From the NCBI GenBank assembly GCA_022571845.1, contig JACZXB010000002.1, positions 173,925 to 237,924 of the forward strand: DNA of 64,000 nucleotides, read 5' to 3'. The notes beneath the pieces were generated by a model. That model saw only the letters and a program-made list of their open reading frames with translations. It ran no database searches and had not been told where the DNA came from. Source of the stretch: Candidatus Zixiibacteriota bacterium (GTDB lineage Bacteria; Zixibacteria; MSB-5A5; GN15; FEB-12). Position 1 is the stretch's first letter, and every line of letters begins with the position of its first letter. Of this stretch, positions 46,088 to 55,315 are shown one piece after another. The translations under genes were made by a program, and so were the position numbers.

Positions 46088-48007
46088 ATGCGAGTAACTA
46101 ACAGTGTCATAGCCGCAAATGTTTCTTTTAATACCCAGAGGGCGATTGCCAGATTTTTGGAGTTACAGCAACAGATGTCATCCGGCCGCAGGATCAACAA
46201 ACCGTCCGATGACCCAATAGGTACTATCCGGGATCTGGACTACCGCAAAGAACTCTCAAAAATTCAGCAATATCGCGGCGCCATAGCACAGGCGCAAAAC
46301 TGGATGGGCATTTATGATAACGACCTGGCCGACGTCAACACAATGTTGTCATCCGCCCGCGAATTGGCTGTGGCCATGGCAAATGAAACTTTTGATGAAG
46401 ATGCCAGACTGGCTTCGGCTAATGAAGTCAGCTCTATGCTCGACAGAATAATTCAGATTGCTAATGATGAGCTTGAAGGCAAGTCAATCTTTGCCGGATT
46501 CAGGACAAATATCAAACCGATAATAATGTCTGCAACTGGCGCCCGCTACGTTGGCGATACGGGGAACATTCAATTTCAGATTGATTCTTCTTCGAGACTT
46601 GACGTAAACTTAATTGGCAGCAACGTGTTCTTAAAGCAGGTCACCATACTGGGACAGACATCAGATTACAATACCTCCGTTACCGCCACAACGTTGCTGG
46701 CAGACTTAAAAGGCGGCACAGGCATAACCATGCCGCCGGGCACCATTACAATCTCAGATTATAATCTGGGTATTAATTCGATCATTAACCTTGGAGCCGC
46801 GATTGATATTAATGACGTGATTAATGTCATAAATACCAGCCTGACAGCTGACGGAATAACTAACCTGACTGCTGAACTCGGTGATGAAGGCAATAATATC
46901 AAATTTGTAACAACCCAGAACGGATTAATTTCAAACCAGACTTCACTTAGTGTCTTAAATAACGGTACCGGCGTAAGTATGATTCCCGGCAGGTTTAGAG
47001 TGACAGATGGCGGCGCGATTGATTTTGAAGTAGATATATCAGGAGATTCAACGATTGCCGATGTAATCAACAGCTTTAACAGCCAGGTCGCGGCAGCAGG
47101 TATAATTAATGTTACAATGCAAGTAAACGCTGCCGGCACAGGACTCGAAATAAATGATACAAATGGTGTGCCGCTGGGGCTTATTATTGGCGAAATTGGC
47201 ACAGAATCAACAACGGCGGCTAATCTTGGCATCGTCGGTTCAGTAGGTGCGCAGCTTATAGGACAGGATCTGAATCCATCTGTAAATTTTGAAATCTTCG
47301 ATACCGTCGGAACTACTGCTGAGGAAATGGGAATTCTTAGAAAATTTACCAGTGACCTGATTGGTGACGATTTAAATCCGATACTATTGGCCACTGCCAG
47401 CGTAACCGAATTCAATAACGGTTTTGGCTTCTCTCTCGGTGAAATAATAATAAAACAAGGTGAAATGAGCCGGGTCATTGATTTAGGTGATTCCTTAATC
47501 GTAACTGTTCAAGACATGCTTGACGCTATAAATAATTCGGGTCTAAATGTCACCGCTGCAATCAATGCGGCAGGATCAGGGATAGAGATAATCAATAATG
47601 ACCCGACCCGCTCATTGGCTATAGAAGAAGTATCAGGTGGCAGAACCGCAAAAAAACTGGGGCTGTTTGGTGCCAGCGACCTGATAGGTACTATGATGGT
47701 ACTCCAAAACGCCCTGGAAAATAATGACCAGGAAGGCACCGGGATGCTTCTGGAACACATAGACAATGCCTTGCAGCACTTGCTGAATCAAAGAGCTACA
47801 GTCGGAGCCAGAGGCGTGCGGCTGGAATCTACTGACATGCGCTTGATCAGCAGAGATTTGGGCTTTATAAAACTGTTATCTGACGTAGAAGACGCCGATC
47901 TGGCAAAACTGGTAACACAACTGGCAACTTTTGAAAATAATTATCAGGCTGCACTGATGGCTTCGGCAAGAATTATTCAACCTACATTGCTGCAATTTTT
48001 GAGATAG
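46088..48007 (+). CDS. flgL: hook-associated protein FlgL, enlarged
   Basis: MRVT, SSG.RI.KPSDDP, EDAD, YQAAL...IIQPTLLQFLR; large central insertion. Confidence 0.92.
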   Translation: MRVTNSVIAANVSFNTQRAIARFLELQQQMSSGRRINKPSDDPIGTIRDLDYRKELSKIQQYRGAIAQAQNWMGIYDNDLADVNTMLSSARELAVAMANETFDEDARLASANEVSSMLDRIIQIANDELEGKSIFAGFRTNIKPIIMSATGARYVGDTGNIQFQIDSSSRLDVNLIGSNVFLKQVTILGQTSDYNTSVTATTLLADLKGGTGITMPPGTITISDYNLGINSIINLGAAIDINDVINVINTSLTADGITNLTAELGDEGNNIKFVTTQNGLISNQTSLSVLNNGTGVSMIPGRFRVTDGGAIDFEVDISGDSTIADVINSFNSQVAAAGIINVTMQVNAAGTGLEINDTNGVPLGLIIGEIGTESTTAANLGIVGSVGAQLIGQDLNPSVNFEIFDTVGTTAEEMGILRKFTSDLIGDDLNPILLATASVTEFNNGFGFSLGEIIIKQGEMSRVIDLGDSLIVTVQDMLDAINNSGLNVTAAINAAGSGIEIINNDPTRSLAIEEVSGGRTAKKLGLFGASDLIGTMMVLQNALENNDQEGTGMLLEHIDNALQHLLNQRATVGARGVRLESTDMRLISRDLGFIKLLSDVEDADLAKLVTQLATFENNYQAALMASARIIQPTLLQFLR

Positions 48008-48029
48008 ATATTAGAAGAAAGCATAAAGA

Positions 48030-48521
48030 ATGTTAATAAACACGTTGAAATTCGGACCGCTTGAGATTCCGGAAAACAAAATTATTACCATGGCCAAGCC
48101 GGTACTTGGATTCGAAGAGTTGACCAAATACTGCTTGGTTGAACTTGAAGAATTTAAGCCGTTCATGTGGCTGCAATCGGTCAATGACCCGGCAGTGGCT
48201 TTTATTGTAGTTAACCCGGCAATCTTTTACAACGGCTATAGAATTGATATCAATCCAAATGAAATCGCTGAAATAGAGGCCAAAGATCCAGCCCATATTG
48301 AAACCTACGTTATAGCCTCTGTCCCCAACGAGTGGGCCGATATGACAATCAACTTGCAGGGACCAATCCTGATTAATACAGAAAACAACAAGGCTAAACA
48401 GCTGGTGCTGGTCAATTCAGGCTACCGGATTAAACATCGGGTATTTGATGAAGAAGAAAAAGCTGCCATGACTACCGAAGAACGGTTAGAAGAAGTTCTG
48501 GAAGAACCGGTAGGAGTTTAG
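48030..48521 (+). CDS. fliW: flagellar assembly factor FliW
   Basis: LGFE, WLQS, F.VVNP, T.NL.GPI.IN, Q.VL. Confidence 0.93.
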   Translation: MLINTLKFGPLEIPENKIITMAKPVLGFEELTKYCLVELEEFKPFMWLQSVNDPAVAFIVVNPAIFYNGYRIDINPNEIAEIEAKDPAHIETYVIASVPNEWADMTINLQGPILINTENNKAKQLVLVNSGYRIKHRVFDEEEKAAMTTEERLEEVLEEPVGV

Positions 48522-48593
48522 ACTGCTGGCAGCAGCAAGGATCGTTCGGCAGATGAAGACATTCGAATAATAGAAGAGCCCGGAGCAACGACA

Positions 48594-50225
48594 TTGGAAA
48601 AGCATGAAAAAGCGCCAGGAAGGCAGCTTGAGACAGACAACAAGTCCCACGAGAAATTCATAAAAAACCTCAATAATTTACTTGAGAATAATCAACTGGC
48701 TGAAGCCTTACCGATTTTACATACCCTGGCCGATCAAAGCCCCGATGATCCTCAGCTTCGGGTAACTGCCGGATTGGTTGCCTTGAGTCTGGACAAACAG
48801 GATGAGGCCCGCCGCTCGTTTGAACTGGCGCTAAAAGCAGACCCTAAGAATATAGACGCTCTCTATAATAGTGCACTTCTGGCGATGTCCCGCGGAATGA
48901 CGGACAGGGCAATTGAACTTTTTGAAAAGATTGCCTCTGTCAATCCGGAAGACGCCGATGTTTACAACGACCTGGCCGTAATCTGGATAAACAAAAGCAA
49001 CATAGACAAAGTAAAAGAATGTTTCTCCAGGGCGATCGAGCTTAATCCAAATTACACTCAGGCTAGAAAAAATGCAATGGAGTTCGCTACTGAGCATAAG
49101 CAGCAAGAATGGGGCAGGAAATTGCTTGATCAAAATAGAGCCTTACCCGGACTTTCAGAAGAAACTGTAATGGATATAGAATCATGGGAAAACAAAATCA
49201 CTCCTGAATATTCTGACAATCCCACCGTAACAATTAGATCTGGCAAAGCGGTTTTAAGCGACCGCATTACCGCTAAGAAAATTGCAATATTTGCTAATCA
49301 CAAAGCGTTTGTAATAGATATCATCAAACGCCTTGAAGATGACCATAACCAGATTACGGAGTACTCGGCAGACTCCGGACAGAGCATGAGCGAACTGCTT
49401 AGCTCTGTAGACTTAGCCTGGTTTGAATGGTGCGATAATCTTGTTATAGAAGCTTCCAGACTTTCCAAAACCTGTCCGATAATCTGCCGCTTGCACAGCT
49501 ATGAAGCTTTCACGGAGTTGCCGTCGCAGGTTAACTGGAAAAATGTCGACCATTTAATATTTGTAAATAAATCGGTCATGGAACTGGTTGGCGAAACTAT
49601 TGCCGGCATAGTACCCAAGACCGTAATACACAATGGAGTGGACCTTGACCGCTTTACGATTCCGGAGAACAAGACCTATGGCAAAAAAATAGCCTCGGTA
49701 GGTTACATCAATTACAAGAAGAACCCAGCTCTGCTTCTTTATTGTTTCAAGAAGATTTATGAATACGACCCGGAATTTACATTTCATATTGCAGGTCTGC
49801 ATCAGGACCCGCGCATAAAGTTATACTTTGATAATTTTCTGGAAGAAAGTCCCCTGCCTATAGAATTCTGTGGCTGGGTAAAAGATATGCCGGAATGGTA
49901 CAAAGATAAGGATTATGTAATCTCTACTTCTCTGTTTGAATCGTTTCATTATTCTATCGCCGAAGGCATGGCCAGCGGCCTCATGCCGCTTATTCATAAC
50001 TGGTATGGCGCCAAACATTTATACCCCGAAGAGCACTTGTTTACCGACCCGGACGCCTGCCTTGAACTCGTCAAGGAGTTCGAAATAAACGATAGCTCTA
50101 AACAGGCTCAGATAAATCGTAAGTTCATAAGTAACAGATACAATCTTGATGACAAGTTCAGCCAGATATCTCGCTTAATGAACAAAGTCGTCTGTGCAGA
50201 CAGCAGAAAAATTGTCAGTGTTTAG
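48594..50225 (+). CDS. TPR + GT4 glycosyltransferase
   Basis: N-terminal TPRs; IHNGVD, KKNP, ESFHYSIAEGMASG (EX7E). Confidence 0.85.
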   Translation: MEKHEKAPGRQLETDNKSHEKFIKNLNNLLENNQLAEALPILHTLADQSPDDPQLRVTAGLVALSLDKQDEARRSFELALKADPKNIDALYNSALLAMSRGMTDRAIELFEKIASVNPEDADVYNDLAVIWINKSNIDKVKECFSRAIELNPNYTQARKNAMEFATEHKQQEWGRKLLDQNRALPGLSEETVMDIESWENKITPEYSDNPTVTIRSGKAVLSDRITAKKIAIFANHKAFVIDIIKRLEDDHNQITEYSADSGQSMSELLSSVDLAWFEWCDNLVIEASRLSKTCPIICRLHSYEAFTELPSQVNWKNVDHLIFVNKSVMELVGETIAGIVPKTVIHNGVDLDRFTIPENKTYGKKIASVGYINYKKNPALLLYCFKKIYEYDPEFTFHIAGLHQDPRIKLYFDNFLEESPLPIEFCGWVKDMPEWYKDKDYVISTSLFESFHYSIAEGMASGLMPLIHNWYGAKHLYPEEHLFTDPDACLELVKEFEINDSSKQAQINRKFISNRYNLDDKFSQISRLMNKVVCADSRKIVSV

Positions 50226-50233
50226 GATGAGCA

Positions 50234-52786
50234 ATGTCTAAGAAGAAATCAGAAAAAAAGAAAAAGAGTCCAAAAAAAGGCAACTATCCCTCTCAGCACT
50301 TTGCCCAAAAAGCAGCTGTTTCAATTAATCCAAAAAAGCTCGAAAATGCGCTGCTCGACAATCCCAATGACTTGATTGCCGCTCTTTCACTTGCGGAGCA
50401 CTATTATAATGTGAATCAAGAAACACGCATTCCGGCCGTTCTGAAGTCTATCGCAGTCAAGGATATAAAACCTCAAACAAACGAAAGGCTTAATTACTTC
50501 GTCTTATTGTCAATCGGCTATTCAAATAGCGGAGAGTTGCTGGAAGCTGAAAGAATAATAGAAAGGGGATTGGAAGAATTCCCGGATTCAATTGATTTCC
50601 ACTATATGCTTAGTTTTGTCAAGTTGTCATTGAGGGAATATGACAAGTCAATCGAAGCCGGCCACAGATTTCTATCTCTTTTATCAACGCAGCCAAAGTA
50701 TCCGCCTTATTGCGGTATGACATCGCATCTGTCTCAATTGCACAATATAATGGGCAGCGCCTTTTTTGAGAAAAAAGAATTTGATAATGCCATAGAACAG
50801 TTTAAAAAAGCAATCAAGGTAGATCATGGCAACCATCTGCCATATCTGAATCTGGCTAAGCTGCATTATCACAGGAAAGAAAACGAAGCGGCAATCGCAG
50901 CAATTAAAGAAGGTCTCACCTTCTGCCGCCAGATAGATGAACTCAAAATGCTAAAGCAAACGGTCGAAAATTACCGCACTGTCTCTGCCTGCATGATTGT
51001 CAAGAACGAGGAAGAACTGCTGGAGGATTGCCTTAAATCTATCCGCAGCTGGGTTGATGAAATTATCATAGTAGATACCGGTTCCACCGATAAGACAATT
51101 GAAATTGCCGAATCATACGGAGCAAAAATCTTTCATCAGGAATGGGAAGGAAACTTCTCTAAGCATAGAAACTATTCCATGGAACAGGCCACATCGGACT
51201 GGATTTTTGTCATTGATGCCGATGAACGCCTGTGCGAAGAAGACATACCCAAACTTCAAGCGTTGATAAACTCAGACAATCATTCGATTGTTTCAATCAA
51301 TGTTTACTCTGTCTACGGTGACAATCAGGAAATGACAACATTTTTGCCGTCGATCAGGTTGTTCAAAAGAGATATGGAACTTCGCTACCAGGGCATCGTG
51401 CACAATCGTTTAGAATTTTCAGAGGACGCCTCAATCGTGCGCGCCGACGTTAAGCTTAATCATCTCGGCTATGATTTGAGCCCAAAGCGGATGAAAGCCA
51501 AATTTGAAAGATCCAAGACGCTGCTTGAAAAACAGCTCGAAGAAGACCCTGGCAATGCCTTTGCCTTATATAATCTGGCTCAGCTTTATCGCGGGCGCTC
51601 TAAAGACGATCCAGCCAAATTTAGCGATGAGATTATAGAATTCGCCCAGAGAGCAATAGAAATTATCGATCCTGATGACTTACACACCCGAAATCTTCAC
51701 CTGATGAGTCTGGACCAATTAGCCTGGGCATATTTTTATAAGAAAGATTACAAAGCAGCGCTGAAATTTGCCGAGAAAGCGCTGAGCCATAAGAAAGACT
51801 ACCTGGACCCGTTGTTATTGCTCGGCCATATATACACTCATACTCAGGAAATTGATAAAGCTATAGATTCATATAAAACATATCTGGACAGACAGGCCAA
51901 ATACATCCCGACTTCAGAAACTGACAATATCATTCTTATCAACCCGGACAGCCGGGCAGCGGCATTCTACGGACTGGCGCTGATTTATGAATTAACTGAT
52001 AATTTTAGCACTGCTCTGGAGTATTATCGTAAAACCGCAGACGTCAACAGCAGCCATCTTGATGTTCAAACTAGAATCGAAACGATGAAAGAGTCGCTAA
52101 GTGCAGAGCCGTCTGAGAGTCAAAAAGAGATTCTTGACGAACTATCTGAACTCATAAACGGCAATCAAATCGAAAGCGCTGTTAAGCTGGTGGAGGATGC
52201 TGCCGGTCGCTCAGACTCACCAAAAGAGATTCTTGCATCAGCGGCACAGCTCTTTATGACAGCTAATAAGCAAACGCAGGCGATTGACTGCTACAAAAGA
52301 GCAATAGAAATAGATAATAGTGACCCCGCCATCTTAAATGACCTGGCCAACTGCTATTTCAAAATGAAACAGTATGAAGAAGCCAAAGGATATTATCTCC
52401 AAGCAGCAAATCTTAAGAACACCCCGGATATCGTATACAGAAATCTTGGACTAACTCTCATCGGAACCGGGGAGCGCTCAGATTCATTAAAATATTTCGA
52501 TAAGTATCTCGAGACAAACCGACAGGACCAGCAGATTGCTCGCATGGCAGCAAATCTTCACGCCAACGATGGTCAATATTCCTCGGCAGTGTCTCATTAT
52601 GAAACAGTTCTCGCATCAGACCCCTCAGATCATGAATCACTTTACAATTTGTCCGAATGCTACCTGCAAATGGGGCATATAGACTCGGCCAGGCTTGGTT
52701 TTGAACGCGTTCTGAGACTTGCTCCAGACTTCGCACAGGCCCAAAAACGGCTGTTTGAAATCACTGAAGTTGTGACTGAGGTTTAG
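50234..52786 (+). CDS. TPR + GT2 glycosyltransferase (flagellin-glycosylation type)
   Basis: SACMIVKNEE, VDTGSTD, RN, IDADE, H.GY flanked by TPRs; adjacent to flagellin. Confidence 0.88.
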   Translation: MSKKKSEKKKKSPKKGNYPSQHFAQKAAVSINPKKLENALLDNPNDLIAALSLAEHYYNVNQETRIPAVLKSIAVKDIKPQTNERLNYFVLLSIGYSNSGELLEAERIIERGLEEFPDSIDFHYMLSFVKLSLREYDKSIEAGHRFLSLLSTQPKYPPYCGMTSHLSQLHNIMGSAFFEKKEFDNAIEQFKKAIKVDHGNHLPYLNLAKLHYHRKENEAAIAAIKEGLTFCRQIDELKMLKQTVENYRTVSACMIVKNEEELLEDCLKSIRSWVDEIIIVDTGSTDKTIEIAESYGAKIFHQEWEGNFSKHRNYSMEQATSDWIFVIDADERLCEEDIPKLQALINSDNHSIVSINVYSVYGDNQEMTTFLPSIRLFKRDMELRYQGIVHNRLEFSEDASIVRADVKLNHLGYDLSPKRMKAKFERSKTLLEKQLEEDPGNAFALYNLAQLYRGRSKDDPAKFSDEIIEFAQRAIEIIDPDDLHTRNLHLMSLDQLAWAYFYKKDYKAALKFAEKALSHKKDYLDPLLLLGHIYTHTQEIDKAIDSYKTYLDRQAKYIPTSETDNIILINPDSRAAAFYGLALIYELTDNFSTALEYYRKTADVNSSHLDVQTRIETMKESLSAEPSESQKEILDELSELINGNQIESAVKLVEDAAGRSDSPKEILASAAQLFMTANKQTQAIDCYKRAIEIDNSDPAILNDLANCYFKMKQYEEAKGYYLQAANLKNTPDIVYRNLGLTLIGTGERSDSLKYFDKYLETNRQDQQIARMAANLHANDGQYSSAVSHYETVLASDPSDHESLYNLSECYLQMGHIDSARLGFERVLRLAPDFAQAQKRLFEITEVVTEV

Positions 52787-52828
52787 CAAGTTTTCTACAA
52801 ATTATTCTCAGTTTTTTAGCTAAATTTA

Positions 52829-52855
52829 TTAAGATACTGGCGCTTTTGCCGATTA
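52829..52855 (+). promoter_or_regulatory. sigma28 promoter of flagellin
   Basis: TTAA(52829-32)-15bp-GCCGATTA(52848-55). Confidence 0.7.
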
Positions 52856-52899
52856 AATTCTTTGTAAAAGCAAAAAGTCTCTCAAGTTAGACTTCACAC

Positions 52900-53050
52900 A
52901 ATAGGAGGGGCAAACAGCTCACAGGGGTTTAAAGGAGTTTTAACTCTGACAGGATAGTCATCAACATTGGAAGTGACATATACTAGCAAGCAACTAAACA
53001 ACATTGAACGGACGGGATAAGGTAATCCCGCAAATCTCCAAGGAGGAGAA
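52900..53050 (+). promoter_or_regulatory. flagellin leader with GGA-loop hairpins (CsrA sites)
   Basis: TGAC-AGGATA-GTCA (52947-60); TCTCC-AAGGA-GGAGA over the SD (53035-49); further GGA motifs. Confidence 0.6.
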
Positions 53051-53052
53051 GA

Positions 53053-55218
53053 ATGTCACTAGCAATTAACCACAACATTGCGGCTCTGAATGCGCATCGA
53101 AATTTGTTGAACACAACAAATTCGCTGCAGCAGTCTATGCAAAGACTGTCGTCCGGTTTTCGGATCAACAAGGCATCCGATGATCCTGCCGGTTTGGTGA
53201 TTTCAGAACAGTTCCGTGCTCAGATTGCCGGTCTTAACCGTGCCATCCAGAACTCGGAGGGTTCTATCAGCATGATCCAGACCGCTGAAGGCGCCCTGAC
53301 CGAAATCAGCAGTCTGTTGATTTCGATGAGAGAACTGGCCATTCACGCGGCCAACGAAGGTTTCAACTCAGCCGACCAGCTTGCTGCTGACCAGGCGGAA
53401 ATTGACAATGCTGTCAAGACAATCGATCGTATCGCTGCCAATACGCAGTTCGGTTCGAAGAAATTGATTGATGGTTCAAATGCCAATACCGCTACTATCA
53501 CCAGCTCAAACAGCTCCGGCATCACCATCAAAGAATCTTTCCTGAGTGACGGTCAGCATTCCATCACCGCCACCAAGACAGCAAGCTCAACCGCTTCGCT
53601 GAACACTACCTCACTCGGACTCAGCCTGCTCAATACGACAGGTGATCCGGTCAACCTGACTGAAGAAATCCACAACGTTGACGTTGTGCAGGCTTCAGAC
53701 GTAGCCAGCAAGCGTTCGGGAACCGTTACTCTGGCCGACGCCTTCGGCAACAACCTGACACTCGCCGCCGCCGCTACCGTAGGCATGATTTCTTCAGGTG
53801 CAGTCGCCACAGCTACTGCCTCTCATGCCGGTAATTACACAATCACCATTAATTATCAGGAAAATGGTGAATCACCAAGCGGTAACCAGACCTTTATAGT
53901 CGCGGTTGTCTCAGGTGATACGACTTCTACAATTGCAGCTAAACTCCAGACAGAAATCAACCTCAACACTGCCTTAGCAGGTAAAGTTGTGGTAACCGGT
54001 ACTACTGCCGGCGCTTTGAGAATCAAATCTGCCAGCCTTGGCGCCCAGTTCTCTGTTCAGACACAGGCTTCAAGCACTACCGCTTCAGTGAGCCTGTTCT
54101 CGTTTAGCGCTCAATCATCCCGTGGTTCTTCAGCTAACGTATTGAACTATACCGTAACATCAGCTACACAGTCCAATACTACCGCTGACATTATAGTTGC
54201 TGCAGCTACATATACCTCAATGACATCTCTGGCCACAGCGATTGATACCGCAATGGACACGGCTTTTGGTAAAGTTGCCGGTGATGCTGCAGTATCTGAC
54301 TTTGATGTTGTTGTATACAATAACAATCAGCTGGAATTCCGTTCAAACGACGAAGGTTCAGCATACTCAATCAAGCTGAACGCTGGTCTTGCAGGATCAG
54401 GTAACTTACGTAATGCTCTAAATATGACCGAAGATCCGATTGCCAGTACTGGTCTTGATGCTTTGGTTTCATTCGATAACTTTACCAATACCATTACCAA
54501 AGTTAACTATGGCACAACCGGTATCGTTACTTTGAAGAATAAAGCAGACGGTGATGTCGGACAGGGTACTGTTGACATGATTGTCAGCACCGCTCTTAAT
54601 GGTATCAACTTAGGTAACTTGCTGCTTGATGTTAAAGCTGCCAAGTTTGACGTTCGTCTAAACGGTGGTCCGGCTACTTCTGTAACTGCCGGTAAAGAAT
54701 TCACAATCTTTAACGCCGACCGCTCTGAGTCGCTGAAGGTTGTCTATTCTCTTACTTCACAGGGTGGAACAGAGACAATCAACAATTTCGATCGTTCGCT
54801 GGTCTTCCAGATCGGCGCCAACGTTGGCCAGACAGCCAGCATTGGTATGAGAAATATGTCTGCTTCCACACTCGGTACAGGTCTGCAGGGTAATTCATTC
54901 TCGTCTCTGTCATCGATTGATGTGACCACAGCAGATGGCGCTCAGGACTCCCAGTCTGTTATCGATGCAGCCATTAACGAAGTATCTACTGCACGTGGTA
55001 CTCTGGGTAGTTTCCAGAAGAATACTCTGGAATCCAACTTGAGAAACCTGAGAGTTGCGGCTCAGAACCTGACTGCCGCCGAGTCTCAGATTCGTGATAC
55101 TGATATGGCTAAAGAAATGTCAGAATTCACCAAGCACCAGATTCTGCTTCAGGCCGGCGTTGCTATGCTGGCTCAGGCTAATCAGGTGCCGCAGGTTATT
55201 CTGTCGCTCTTTGGTTAA
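53053..55218 (+). CDS. fliC: flagellin (721 aa)
   Basis: INHNIAAL, RLSSGFRINKASDDPAGL, QTAEGAL; FQIGAN, AESQIRDTDMA, LAQANQ.PQ. Confidence 0.97.
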   Translation: MSLAINHNIAALNAHRNLLNTTNSLQQSMQRLSSGFRINKASDDPAGLVISEQFRAQIAGLNRAIQNSEGSISMIQTAEGALTEISSLLISMRELAIHAANEGFNSADQLAADQAEIDNAVKTIDRIAANTQFGSKKLIDGSNANTATITSSNSSGITIKESFLSDGQHSITATKTASSTASLNTTSLGLSLLNTTGDPVNLTEEIHNVDVVQASDVASKRSGTVTLADAFGNNLTLAAAATVGMISSGAVATATASHAGNYTITINYQENGESPSGNQTFIVAVVSGDTTSTIAAKLQTEINLNTALAGKVVVTGTTAGALRIKSASLGAQFSVQTQASSTTASVSLFSFSAQSSRGSSANVLNYTVTSATQSNTTADIIVAAATYTSMTSLATAIDTAMDTAFGKVAGDAAVSDFDVVVYNNNQLEFRSNDEGSAYSIKLNAGLAGSGNLRNALNMTEDPIASTGLDALVSFDNFTNTITKVNYGTTGIVTLKNKADGDVGQGTVDMIVSTALNGINLGNLLLDVKAAKFDVRLNGGPATSVTAGKEFTIFNADRSESLKVVYSLTSQGGTETINNFDRSLVFQIGANVGQTASIGMRNMSASTLGTGLQGNSFSSLSSIDVTTADGAQDSQSVIDAAINEVSTARGTLGSFQKNTLESNLRNLRVAAQNLTAAESQIRDTDMAKEMSEFTKHQILLQAGVAMLAQANQVPQVILSLFG

Positions 55219-55235
55219 TAGATATAATGAGAAAT

Positions 55236-55266
55236 CCGGAGGAGGAGCAATCCTCCTCCGGTATTC
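55236..55266 (+). terminator. hairpin after flagellin (terminator or mRNA stabiliser)
   Basis: CCGGAGGAGGA-GCAA-TCCTCCTCCGG perfect 11-bp stem with a weak U-tail. Confidence 0.7.
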
Positions 55267-55315
55267 TATCAACAACGATGACAGACATTGAAGTCATAGG
55301 ATTACAGGAGTTAAA

